Assembly (NCBI GenBank): GCA_041749675.1
Contig: JBGTAU010000058.1
Location: 1 to 39,208 of the forward strand
DNA: 39,208 nucleotides
Origin: Rhizobiaceae bacterium
GTDB taxonomy: Bacteria > Pseudomonadota > Alphaproteobacteria > Rhizobiales > Rhizobiaceae
Reading direction: 5' to 3'
Part shown: positions 28,567 through 36,472 of the stretch, one piece after another
Layout: every line of letters starts with the position of its first letter
How positions within the stretch are numbered: the first letter of the stretch is position 1
The notes under the pieces: generated by a model
The model's database searches: none
Told to the model about the DNA's origin: nothing
The model's input: only the letters and a program-made list of their open reading frames with translations
Position numbers and translations under genes: made by a program

Positions 28567-31007
28567 GCCGACGCCATCGCGGGATTGAGCGCTGGGGTTG
28601 GCTTGGACGCGTTTTGAACCTTGATACCAGTCAGCCTGGTCCGCTTCAGCATCAGGGCATTGATGGCAACGAGCGCCGAACTGCCCGACATTGCAATGGC
28701 CGCAATGGTCGGGCTAAGCAGGAACGGATACAGCACACCGGCGGCCAGCGGAAAGGCGATGACGTTGTAGCCGACCGCCCACCAGAGGTTCTGATGCATT
28801 TTTCTGAGTGTCGCGCGCGACAGCTCAACGGCGCCGACCACGTCGAACGGATCGCTCTTCATCAGCACGATGTCGGCGCTTTCCATCGCCACATCGGTGC
28901 CGGCACCGATTGCAAAGCCAACATCGGCTTGGGTCAGGGCCGGTGCGTCGTTGACGCCATCGCCAACCATGCCGACTTTTTTGCCCTGCGCTTGGAGTTC
29001 CTTGACCTTGCTCGCCTTGTCGCCGGGCAGAACGTCAGCGAAAACGCGGTAGATCCCAACGCTCTTGGCAATGCGCTCCGCCGTGGCCTGATTGTCTCCG
29101 CTCAGCATGATGACTTCGACGCCGCGCGCGCGCAGCGCTTTGACCGCTTCAACTGCAGACGGCCTGATGGCATCGGCGATGGCTATTAACCCCAAGAGCT
29201 TGCCGCCCAGTGCCAGATGAACGACGGTACGTCCTGCACCCTGCAATTCGGCGGCTTTCGCACCAAACTTGCCGAGGTCGATCTTGTTTTCGGTCATCAA
29301 ACGCTTGTTACCGAGCAATGCGGTTTTGCCGCCGATCTTGGCTTCAGCACCCTTGCCTTCGAGATTCTTGAATGATGTTGCCTTGGTCACCTTCATATCT
29401 GCCGCCCGGCGCAGGATCGCTTGTGCGAGGGGATGATCTGATCCCGCATCGACCGATGCGGCCGCGGCCAAAAGCTGGTTTTCGGTGGTGCCGGTTGCCA
29501 CCACCAATTCCACCACTTCGGGCTGGCCCATAGTGAGCGTTCCGGTCTTGTCGAAGATAATGACGTTGAGCTTTGTGGCGTCCTCAAGTGCTGATGCATT
29601 TTTGAACAGGATGCCGTTCTGCGCACCAAGACCGGTTCCGACCATGATGGCCATCGGCGTTGCCAGCCCAAGCGCATCGGGGCAGGCGATGACAAAAACA
29701 GTGATCGTAAGGCTGATTGCGAACAGCAAGGTTTCGCCGATCCACCAATACCAAACCGCAAAGGTGAGGAGGCCGGTCACGACGGCGGCCAGCACCAGCC
29801 ATTGCGCGGCGCGATCCGCCAAGAGTTGCGACGGCGCTTTTGAGTTCTGTGCTTCCTGAACGAGTTTGACGATCTGGGCGAGTGCTGTGTCAGCACCAAC
29901 CTTGGTGGCGCGATACTGGAAGGTGCCGCTCTTGTTGATCGTCGCGCCAATCACCGTGTCGCCGGTTTTCTTGGCAACTGGCATGGACTCGCCGGTCAGC
30001 ATGGACTGGTCGACCTGGGATTCTCCCTCCAGAACGGTGCCATCGACCGGAATTTTGTTTCCCGGCCGGATCACGACAATATCGCCGGACACGATCTCGG
30101 CGGTCGGCACTTCCAGTTCCTTGCCGTCGCGCAGCACGGTTGCTTTTGGCGGGGCCAGATCCATGAGGGCGCGGATAGCTGCCGATGCGCCTGCTCTTGC
30201 CCGCATTTCGAGCCAGTGTCCGAGCAGGATGAAGACCAGCAGGATGGCAGACGCTTCATAGAACTGTTGGCCGCCATAAATAAAGGTAGAGCCCACGCTG
30301 AACAGATATCCCGTGCCGACGCTGAGGACGACGAGCACAGCCATATTGGCGACTCCGCTGCGTATCGCGCGGGCGGCCGCGACAACAAAGGGCCAGACCG
30401 GATAGAGGATCGCTGCGCTGGCCAGAATGAACAGCACGACATCGAGGCGCAGCTCGAACGGCGGCTGAATTTGAATGAAGTCCATGCCCATCGGCGAGAG
30501 GGCGAAGATCGGCAGGCTGAAGCCGAGTGCGATCCAGAACCGGTTGCGCATGTCCCGCGCCATCGCTTGCATGTCCATGCCAGCGCCGTGGCCCATTTCG
30601 TGCGCGATGGCGTCGCTCTTTTCGCCGCCATGAGCCTTGTGTTCGACTTTCGCGGCAGTTGGTTTGGCGGCAGGCGAATTCGTCTCTAAGCCGGCTTTAT
30701 GCACATGAGAGTGTTTGGACTTGGCAGGGATGTTCGGGGCCGTCGGCAGAGATTTGTCCGGTGTCGCGTGGTCTGCGCAAACATGTTTGGGCAACGCCTC
30801 GCCCGCGCAATGGAAGCCGCATGCTTCGACTGCGGCTTTGAGTGCAGGGATGGAGGTCTTGGCCTTGTCATAAGTGACCGTTGCCGATCCGGAGACCGGA
30901 TTCACCGACACACGCCCCACGCCTGCAATATGCTGAAGCTGTTTTTCAATTCCCCGGGCACCAAGGATTGATAACAGGCCGCCGACTTCAAGTGTGCTGG
31001 TAGTCAT
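28563..31007 (-). CDS. P1B-type heavy-metal ATPase with a non-canonical CPD transmembrane motif
   Basis: [15 protein letters not shown]6YNX4P ([14 protein letters not shown]) and PX6MSGSS are all present. TM4 reads [12 protein letters not shown] (codons at 29676-29684, Asp = GAT). The N-terminal HMA-like fold lacks CxxC ([11 protein letters not shown]). A His/Met-rich linker follows ([10 protein letters not shown]...VEHKAHGG...[15 protein letters not shown]). Confidence 0.9.
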   Translation of the reverse strand: MTTSTLEVGGLLSILGARGIEKQLQHIAGVGRVSVNPVSGSATVTYDKAKTSIPALKAAVEACGFHCAGEALPKHVCADHATPDKSLPTAPNIPAKSKHSHVHKAGLETNSPAAKPTAAKVEHKAHGGEKSDAIAHEMGHGAGMDMQAMARDMRNRFWIALGFSLPIFALSPMGMDFIQIQPPFELRLDVVLFILASAAILYPVWPFVVAAARAIRSGVANMAVLVVLSVGTGYLFSVGSTFIYGGQQFYEASAILLVFILLGHWLEMRARAGASAAIRALMDLAPPKATVLRDGKELEVPTAEIVSGDIVVIRPGNKIPVDGTVLEGESQVDQSMLTGESMPVAKKTGDTVIGATINKSGTFQYRATKVGADTALAQIVKLVQEAQNSKAPSQLLADRAAQWLVLAAVVTGLLTFAVWYWWIGETLLFAISLTITVFVIACPDALGLATPMAIMVGTGLGAQNGILFKNASALEDATKLNVIIFDKTGTLTMGQPEVVELVVATGTTENQLLAAAASVDAGSDHPLAQAILRRAADMKVTKATSFKNLEGKGAEAKIGGKTALLGNKRLMTENKIDLGKFGAKAAELQGAGRTVVHLALGGKLLGLIAIADAIRPSAVEAVKALRARGVEVIMLSGDNQATAERIAKSVGIYRVFADVLPGDKASKVKELQAQGKKVGMVGDGVNDAPALTQADVGFAIGAGTDVAMESADIVLMKSDPFDVVGAVELSRATLRKMHQNLWWAVGYNVIAFPLAAGVLYPFLLSPTIAAIAMSGSSALVAINALMLKRTRLTGIKVQNASKPTPALNPAMASA

Positions 31008-31327
31008 GTCCGGGCCGCAAAAAAATTATAAATCGGGCCAAATACCAATGACACGTACCAGCCCCAGCCGAAGCTCTCAATCAGCCCCAAGAAGAAGTCC
31101 GGCCAGCTCAGCAACGTAAATCCGGGTAGAAAAATTGACAATGCAGAATGTTCAATGGGCAGGCCCGGAAAAAACAAATATCCAAGCACGCAGAGCACAT
31201 AGGTTATGGCAAAAGACACGCTCAACCCCATCCCCAACGCAAATACCGGGATCAGATGTGCAGTGTGCAATGGGAGGCGCAACCCTTCTCTGACAACGGA
31301 AATCGGTCGATTAGTGCTTGTGTTCAT
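31004..31327 (-). CDS. DUF5676-like small membrane protein
   Basis: ATG at 31327 (MNTSTNRP...). Three TM segments, ending ...[20 protein letters not shown]. The stop overlaps the ATPase start (ATGA). The family name is from memory. Confidence 0.55.
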   Translation of the reverse strand: MNTSTNRPISVVREGLRLPLHTAHLIPVFALGMGLSVSFAITYVLCVLGYLFFPGLPIEHSALSIFLPGFTLLSWPDFFLGLIESFGWGWYVSLVFGPIYNFFAART

Positions 31328-31523
31328 TGACCTGCTCCATATTTTTTGGCGAGTTTGCTGCACCTTCTGCTGATGACTGCGGCGAGGCCCTCACGGAATC
31401 GGCTTCATTCCCACTTTTGTCGCGGCGGCTGTGCCGATGTCCTATGACATGCGCCCCGCAGCCAAACCGCATCATCAGAAAGATGAAAGCGCCCCAGATT
31501 AGAAAATACATGAGCATCTGCAT
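31311..31523 (-). CDS. DUF2933-like small membrane protein with a Cys/His motif
   Basis: MQMLMYFLIWGAFIFLMMRFGCGAHVIGHRHSRRD... is one TM segment followed by a GCGxH..GHxH motif, and the protein ends in HKH. It overlaps the next gene by 17 nt. Confidence 0.55.
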   Translation of the reverse strand: MQMLMYFLIWGAFIFLMMRFGCGAHVIGHRHSRRDKSGNEADSVRASPQSSAEGAANSPKNMEQVNEHKH

Positions 31524-32098
31524 GGGTAGGCTACCCTTCTAGTCAGGTCCGCTAGCAGGGTTGCATTCGCCCGGCCTGCCACACCACTATCGTCAACGCG
31601 CCATCTCGGATTAAGTTCCATCTGCAACGTCCGTCTAAGAGGAATGGCTCGACACTTTCAGCATCGAACAATCGGCTATTCAAAATCACGGGAAAGGGCA
31701 CAACGATGATGTGAATTGACAACGATTTTCAAAAGCTTGAGAAGGTGACACGGTCTATATCCCGTGAGACAACGCTTCATCGGCAAATAATCAACTGGCG
31801 GAATTGCACCTTAGAAAGAAGAACAAAGGACTAAGCCCCGGCATGCAGGGGTTTTGCCTTCGGCCGTTACTACGGCGCTCTATAATGGCGCGTTCCGGCC
31901 TCGGGCAGCGCGAACCAAGTTCGCGCCAAGCAAGAACGATCGTCACCCGAAAGGGCGCAGACTTCACCTATGAAGGCTGCGTTCGCAACGCGAATAGAGC
32001 GTGTCCGCAACGCGGCTTGCCCCATCATCCTCGTCAATCATTTTGTAGCACCAAAGTCGAGTTTCGGTTATTGTTTCACTAAAAAACGGGAGAAGTTT

Positions 32099-32998
32099 GT
32101 GTCACGAAAGCTGACTTACGGTCCTAGTTTCGCTAATGGTGTCACCCGCCGGGACTTCACTGGGGGAATTGCTGCAAGCATTGTGACAATTGGCTTACCG
32201 ACCCAATCAAATGCCGAGCCAACCCCTTTTAAATTCGGATTAACCCCGGTCTTCCTATCCAATGATCTAGAACTGCTCGGACACCTGCGAACCTATCTTG
32301 CTTCAAAACTAGACGGTCCCGTCGAGCTTGTCACGCGCCGGACTTATCAGGAAATCACAGCTCTCCTCGTCTCCGGCCAAATTCAATCGGCGTGGATTTG
32401 CGGGTTTCCCTACGTCCAGTTCAAAAATGAACTCGATCTTGTCGCCACACCTATCTGGCAAGGGAAACCGCTTTACCAATCCTATCTTATTGCTAAAAAT
32501 GACCGCGAAATTGCCGATTGGAAGGGCCTCAAAGGCGATATTCACGCCTTTTCCGACCCAGACTCAAATTCCGGCTTTCTCGTAACCCGCGCCTTGTTGG
32601 CAGAGAACCGGCTTCGGCCAGATAATTTTTTCTCCCGCAGCTTTTTCACCTATGGTCATCGCAATATCATCCGTGCGGTGGCCTCGGAACTTGCGCAGTC
32701 AGGTAGCGTTGACGGTTATGTCTACGAAGTCATGCGTGAGACCGAACCTGATTTGATTGCCCAGACCAAAATCATTCGAAAATCGGAATGGTTGGGATTT
32801 CCCCCGATAGCATCGCCCAAGTCGCTTGCATTTGATCCAAGGGTTCAAGCACTGAAACAGGCTCTGGTCACGATGAAAAATGATACCGAAGGGCGCAAAG
32901 TTCTGGATTTGCTTCGTCTTGATGGTTTTGTGGTCACCGATCCAACGCTTTTCGATACAATCGCCGCCAAAGTGGAAATTGTGAGGCAGTTCGGATGA
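32099..32998 (+). CDS. aioX: Periplasmic PhnD-like binding protein AioX (arsenite-sensing partner of AioSR)
   Basis: GTG 32099 follows GGGAGAAG. A Tat-like signal is present (TRRDFTGGIAASIVTIGLPTQSNA). The fold is phosphonate-binding-like (FKFGLTPVF...YQEITALLVSGQIQSAWICGFPYV). It sits immediately upstream of aioSR-aioBA. Confidence 0.75.
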   Translation: MSRKLTYGPSFANGVTRRDFTGGIAASIVTIGLPTQSNAEPTPFKFGLTPVFLSNDLELLGHLRTYLASKLDGPVELVTRRTYQEITALLVSGQIQSAWICGFPYVQFKNELDLVATPIWQGKPLYQSYLIAKNDREIADWKGLKGDIHAFSDPDSNSGFLVTRALLAENRLRPDNFFSRSFFTYGHRNIIRAVASELAQSGSVDGYVYEVMRETEPDLIAQTKIIRKSEWLGFPPIASPKSLAFDPRVQALKQALVTMKNDTEGRKVLDLLRLDGFVVTDPTLFDTIAAKVEIVRQFG

Positions 32999-34452
32999 CG
33001 CTTATCCAGCGATTGCGGTCCATCCCGGTTTCCTACCGCGTTCCGCTGATGGTCGCTTTGCTCATGGTGGTCATAAGTGCCGTCATTTCGGTTAGGGTTC
33101 TTGATCGCCTGTCACGAACACAAGAAAGCTTCTTGGACGGACTAGCGGAAACTTACCTTGATGGCCTGTCGTCGGCTGTCGTGCCAGCGGTCCTTCGTGA
33201 AGATGTTTGGGAGGTCTATGACACGCTGGATCGTTCGTCTTCGTCATACAAGGCTCTCGCGCCAATTGAGACGATAGTGACCGGAACAAATAGAAAAGTC
33301 TTGGCGGCAAGCGACCCTGGCCGGATTCCTGCATATTCAGATCTTCCGTCCGGTTACCTTGCCCGTTACAGCGTTAAAAACGTGACGATAGACACGGCGA
33401 AGCTGCTTGGTTTTTCCCGCCGTGATTTGACCTATCAAGGGCAATTAATTGGGACAATTCACGCAACTTTCGATGTCTCGCATCTTTTTGCAGAACGCCG
33501 GGAAATCCTAGTGACTCTGCTCATAACAAATGGCGTGCTTGCCATCCTTTTTTCACTTGGTGGTTTTTTGCTGGTGCGGCAGATGATCGGGCCGATGCGC
33601 GTCTTGGAAAATCACATGCGAAAGGCGACAAATGGCACGGTGGAACCGATTGCCGCACACGAGTTCCCAAAAGGCGATAGTGAGGTGACAGGGCTTTTTG
33701 AGGGCTACAACGCTCTTGTCCACGCCGAAAGAGAGCGGGCAAATTTTGCAATGCAGCTTGCCGAAGAAGAAAAACTTTCGAGCTTGGGACGGCTGGCGTC
33801 CGGCATGGCTCATGAAATCAACAATCCGTTGGGCGGGCTTTTCAACGCGTTGGATACGCTAAAAAAGCACGGATCGACACCGGGGGTGAGCGATATTTCA
33901 ATCAATCTTATCGAGCGAGGGCTTGCCGGAATTCGGGACGTTGTGGGGGCGGCGCTCGCAACTTATCGCCCGGAGCGATCACAGCGCCCGATGATCGAAG
34001 ACGATCTTGGCGATGTTCAGTTGTTATTAAGACCCGAACTGCGCAGAAAGCGTCAAACGCTCGATTGGGAGGTCTCATGGAACGGCACCGATGTATTGCC
34101 AATCAAAGGTGGTCCGGTCCGTCAAGCGGTTCTCAATCTCATGCTCAATGCCAGTGCGGTCACTCCTGAAGGCGGTGCTGTCTCTTTGAAGGCCGTCGCA
34201 TCCGCAGAGGTTCTGACGATTAGTATCGCAGATGAAGGGCCCGGTATGCCCTCCACGATTTCAGGAATTCTCGTCGACCAAGATCCTGGTCCGGCAGTGC
34301 GGGCAGGACGCGGCCTTGGTCTTTGGATGGTAAGAAGAGTAGTTGACGAACTCGGTGGTATGGCCAAGATTGGACAAAACTCGAAGGGAGGGACGGTCGT
34401 GACCTTGGTCTTGCCGTTTGAAAGGGAGAACGTCGGAGCCAATGCTGCATGA
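32995..34452 (+). CDS. aioS: Sensor histidine kinase AioS
   Basis: Two TM segments flank a periplasmic loop. The H-box is GMAHEINNPLGG and the G-box is GRGLGLWMVRRVVDELGG. The start overlaps the aioX stop (ATGA). Confidence 0.8.
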   Translation: MTLIQRLRSIPVSYRVPLMVALLMVVISAVISVRVLDRLSRTQESFLDGLAETYLDGLSSAVVPAVLREDVWEVYDTLDRSSSSYKALAPIETIVTGTNRKVLAASDPGRIPAYSDLPSGYLARYSVKNVTIDTAKLLGFSRRDLTYQGQLIGTIHATFDVSHLFAERREILVTLLITNGVLAILFSLGGFLLVRQMIGPMRVLENHMRKATNGTVEPIAAHEFPKGDSEVTGLFEGYNALVHAERERANFAMQLAEEEKLSSLGRLASGMAHEINNPLGGLFNALDTLKKHGSTPGVSDISINLIERGLAGIRDVVGAALATYRPERSQRPMIEDDLGDVQLLLRPELRRKRQTLDWEVSWNGTDVLPIKGGPVRQAVLNLMLNASAVTPEGGAVSLKAVASAEVLTISIADEGPGMPSTISGILVDQDPGPAVRAGRGLGLWMVRRVVDELGGMAKIGQNSKGGTVVTLVLPFERENVGANAA

Positions 34453-35767
34453 TCAAGCACGAATAGGTCTTGTTGAAGACGATCCGATCATGGGCGGCTC
34501 AATTGTGCAGCGACTGGAACTTGAGGGTTGGAAAGTCAACTGGTGGCACTCAGGGCAAGAGGCGATTTCGGCAATTTCGCTCGACTCAAGTGCGCTCGAT
34601 CTCATCGTTTGTGACATTAGATTGCCCGACATTTCCGGCGAAATAGTCTTCAACGAGCTCGCCAAATTCCCGAATACCCCGCCATTCATGTTTGTCACGG
34701 GATACGGTGAAATCGATCAGGCCGTTCGCCTGATGCGATCAGGAGCTGTTGACTTTATGACCAAGCCATTCGCAATGGATGAGTTCTTGCGCAGAATTGA
34801 GCTTGGTCGCAGAACCAACTCCGAAACGGGTGCTGCTGACTATCTTCTTGGCGAGTCTGCGGCAATCCAACGCGTCGAAGACCTGCTTCGCCGTTATGCC
34901 GGGCATGACCTGCCTGTCTATATCACTGGAGAAACGGGTTCTGGAAAAGAAATTGCCGCGCGCCTCTTGCATCAGCTTTCGCCCAGAAAAGATGAACCTT
35001 TCATTGCAGTGAATTGCGCGGCCATTCCTGCGGAACTTCTTGAAAGTGAGATTTTCGGTCACGAGAAAGGCGCGTTCACCGGCGCCGGGCAACGTCATCG
35101 CGGCTACGCCGAACGTGCCGGTAAAGGCACATTGTTTCTTGATGAGATTGGCGACTTGCCGTTCGCCCTTCAACCTAAGCTCCTCCGCCTGATTGAAAGT
35201 AAGAACTTCAACAGAGTTGGCGGTGAAACACCCGTGAAATTTGAAGCTAGAATCATGACCGCCACCCATCGCAATCTTGAACATCGCGGCTGCCCGAATG
35301 GATTTCGTGAAGACCTTTATTTCCGGCTGGCCGTGCTGCCCGTTGAAATTCCGCCCCTTAGAGAACGCCCGGAGGATATTACTTGGCTTTTAGACAGGTT
35401 CCTCGCGGAAGCTGTTTTAAGATCAGAGAGCAGAATTCGAGGATATAGCGCGCTCGCTGAAGAAGCAGCCCTTGCGCATCCTTGGTCCGGCAATGTCCGG
35501 GAGCTTAGAAACCGCGTTGAGCGGGCCGTTGCGTTGACAAATGGCGAATGGATCATGCCGGGGGATTTGTTTCCAGAACTCGCTCATCAATCACAAGCGG
35601 TCAAGTTCGTGCCATTGTCAGAAGTGCGCGACGCCGCCGAACGACGCCAGATTGAACGGGCACTCGAAGAAACCGGTGGCCAGATCAATAAGGCTGCAAC
35701 GCTGCTTGCAATCTCTCGAACGACCCTTTGGGAGAAAATGACACGTTTTGGTATTGTGGAAACCTAA
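34442..35767 (+). CDS. aioR: Sigma-54-dependent response regulator AioR
   Basis: REC domain (GLVEDDPIMG...VCDIRLPDISG). AAA+ domain with Walker A GETGSGKE and the GAFTGA sigma-54 contact loop. C-terminal HTH (NKAATLLAISRTTLWEKM). ATG 34442 overlaps the end of aioS by 11 nt. Confidence 0.85.
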   Translation: MLHDQARIGLVEDDPIMGGSIVQRLELEGWKVNWWHSGQEAISAISLDSSALDLIVCDIRLPDISGEIVFNELAKFPNTPPFMFVTGYGEIDQAVRLMRSGAVDFMTKPFAMDEFLRRIELGRRTNSETGAADYLLGESAAIQRVEDLLRRYAGHDLPVYITGETGSGKEIAARLLHQLSPRKDEPFIAVNCAAIPAELLESEIFGHEKGAFTGAGQRHRGYAERAGKGTLFLDEIGDLPFALQPKLLRLIESKNFNRVGGETPVKFEARIMTATHRNLEHRGCPNGFREDLYFRLAVLPVEIPPLRERPEDITWLLDRFLAEAVLRSESRIRGYSALAEEAALAHPWSGNVRELRNRVERAVALTNGEWIMPGDLFPELAHQSQAVKFVPLSEVRDAAERRQIERALEETGGQINKAATLLAISRTTLWEKMTRFGIVET

Positions 35768-35768
35768 C

Positions 35769-35817
35769 GTTCGGATTTACGAACCTTCGGCGCCGCAACA
35801 TGTTCGGAATCTCGAAC
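35769..35817. promoter_or_regulatory. Two GTTCG-N6-CGAAC palindromes, candidate AioR upstream activating sequences
   Basis: GTTCGGATTTACGAAC (35769-35784) and GTTCGGAATCTCGAAC (35802-35817) have centres 33 bp apart and lie about 65-110 bp upstream of the sigma-54 promoter. Confidence 0.6.
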
Positions 35818-35880
35818 GGCTTCAGCTGAGCGTATTCGCCGTACAATTTTTCCTGTAATAATTTCAGATACTTAGCCATA

Positions 35881-35896
35881 TGGCACAAGCGTTGCT
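35881..35896 (+). promoter_or_regulatory. Sigma-54 (-24/-12) promoter of aioBA
   Basis: TGGCACaagcgTTGCT is an exact match to the consensus TGGCAC-N5-TTGC(A/T). It lies 41 nt upstream of the aioB ATG. Confidence 0.8.
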
Positions 35897-35936
35897 AGAC
35901 GCAAGGTGATGAAACGTCACCATGTGGGAGGAACGC

Positions 35937-36458
35937 ATGACACGCTGTGATAAGCTAGTGGAAATAGGTCGTCGCCAGTTTTTGAGGGGCGGCGCATTTG
36001 CGGCGGCGGGCATTGCGACCGTAGCCGTCATGCCGATGGAGGCAAAGGCAGCACCCGGATTGGCTCTCGTCGATTATCCATCAAACCGGCTTGCAAACCT
36101 TTCGGACTTGAAGGTCAACGAACCGATGGATGTCGGCTATCCAGACGAGAATGCACCAGGCGTTTTGCTGAAACTTGGAACCAAAGTCGAGGGTGGCATG
36201 GGTCCTGACGGAGACGTCGTTGGCTTCTCAACGATCTGTCCGCACAAAGGCTTCCCGTTGAACTACAACGCGGAAGATCACTCGTTCAATTGCCCCGGCC
36301 ATTATTCGCGTTTCGACGCTGACGCGGGCGGTCAACAGATTTGGGGGCAGTCTACTGCCAACCTGCCGCAATACTCACTTCGAATTGACGACAAGGGCGA
36401 CATCTATGCCGAAGGGCTAGACGAGTTGCTCTACGGTCGTCTCAGCAACGTCATTTAA
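35937..36458 (+). CDS. aioB: Arsenite oxidase small (Rieske) subunit
   Basis: ATG 35937 follows GGGAGGA. Tat signal RRQFLRGGAFAAAGIATVAVMPMEAKA. Rieske ligands CPHKGFPL ... CPGHYSRFD. The C-terminus QQIWGQSTANLPQY...YGRLSNV is typical of AioB. Confidence 0.9.
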   Translation: MTRCDKLVEIGRRQFLRGGAFAAAGIATVAVMPMEAKAAPGLALVDYPSNRLANLSDLKVNEPMDVGYPDENAPGVLLKLGTKVEGGMGPDGDVVGFSTICPHKGFPLNYNAEDHSFNCPGHYSRFDADAGGQQIWGQSTANLPQYSLRIDDKGDIYAEGLDELLYGRLSNVI

Positions 36459-36472
36459 GGGAGGATCGGAAA

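Noticed and set aside
31804-32082. A 92-aa plus-strand ORF in the ATPase/aioX spacer.
   Set aside because: The translation is highly basic and low-complexity (RKKNKGLSPGMQGFCLRPLLRRS...). There is no RBS, and it overlaps the likely aioX promoter and leader.
35685-35888. A 67-aa minus-strand ORF.
   Set aside because: It overlaps the aioR 3' end, both AioR-type palindromes and the sigma-54 promoter. The regulatory reading explains this DNA better.
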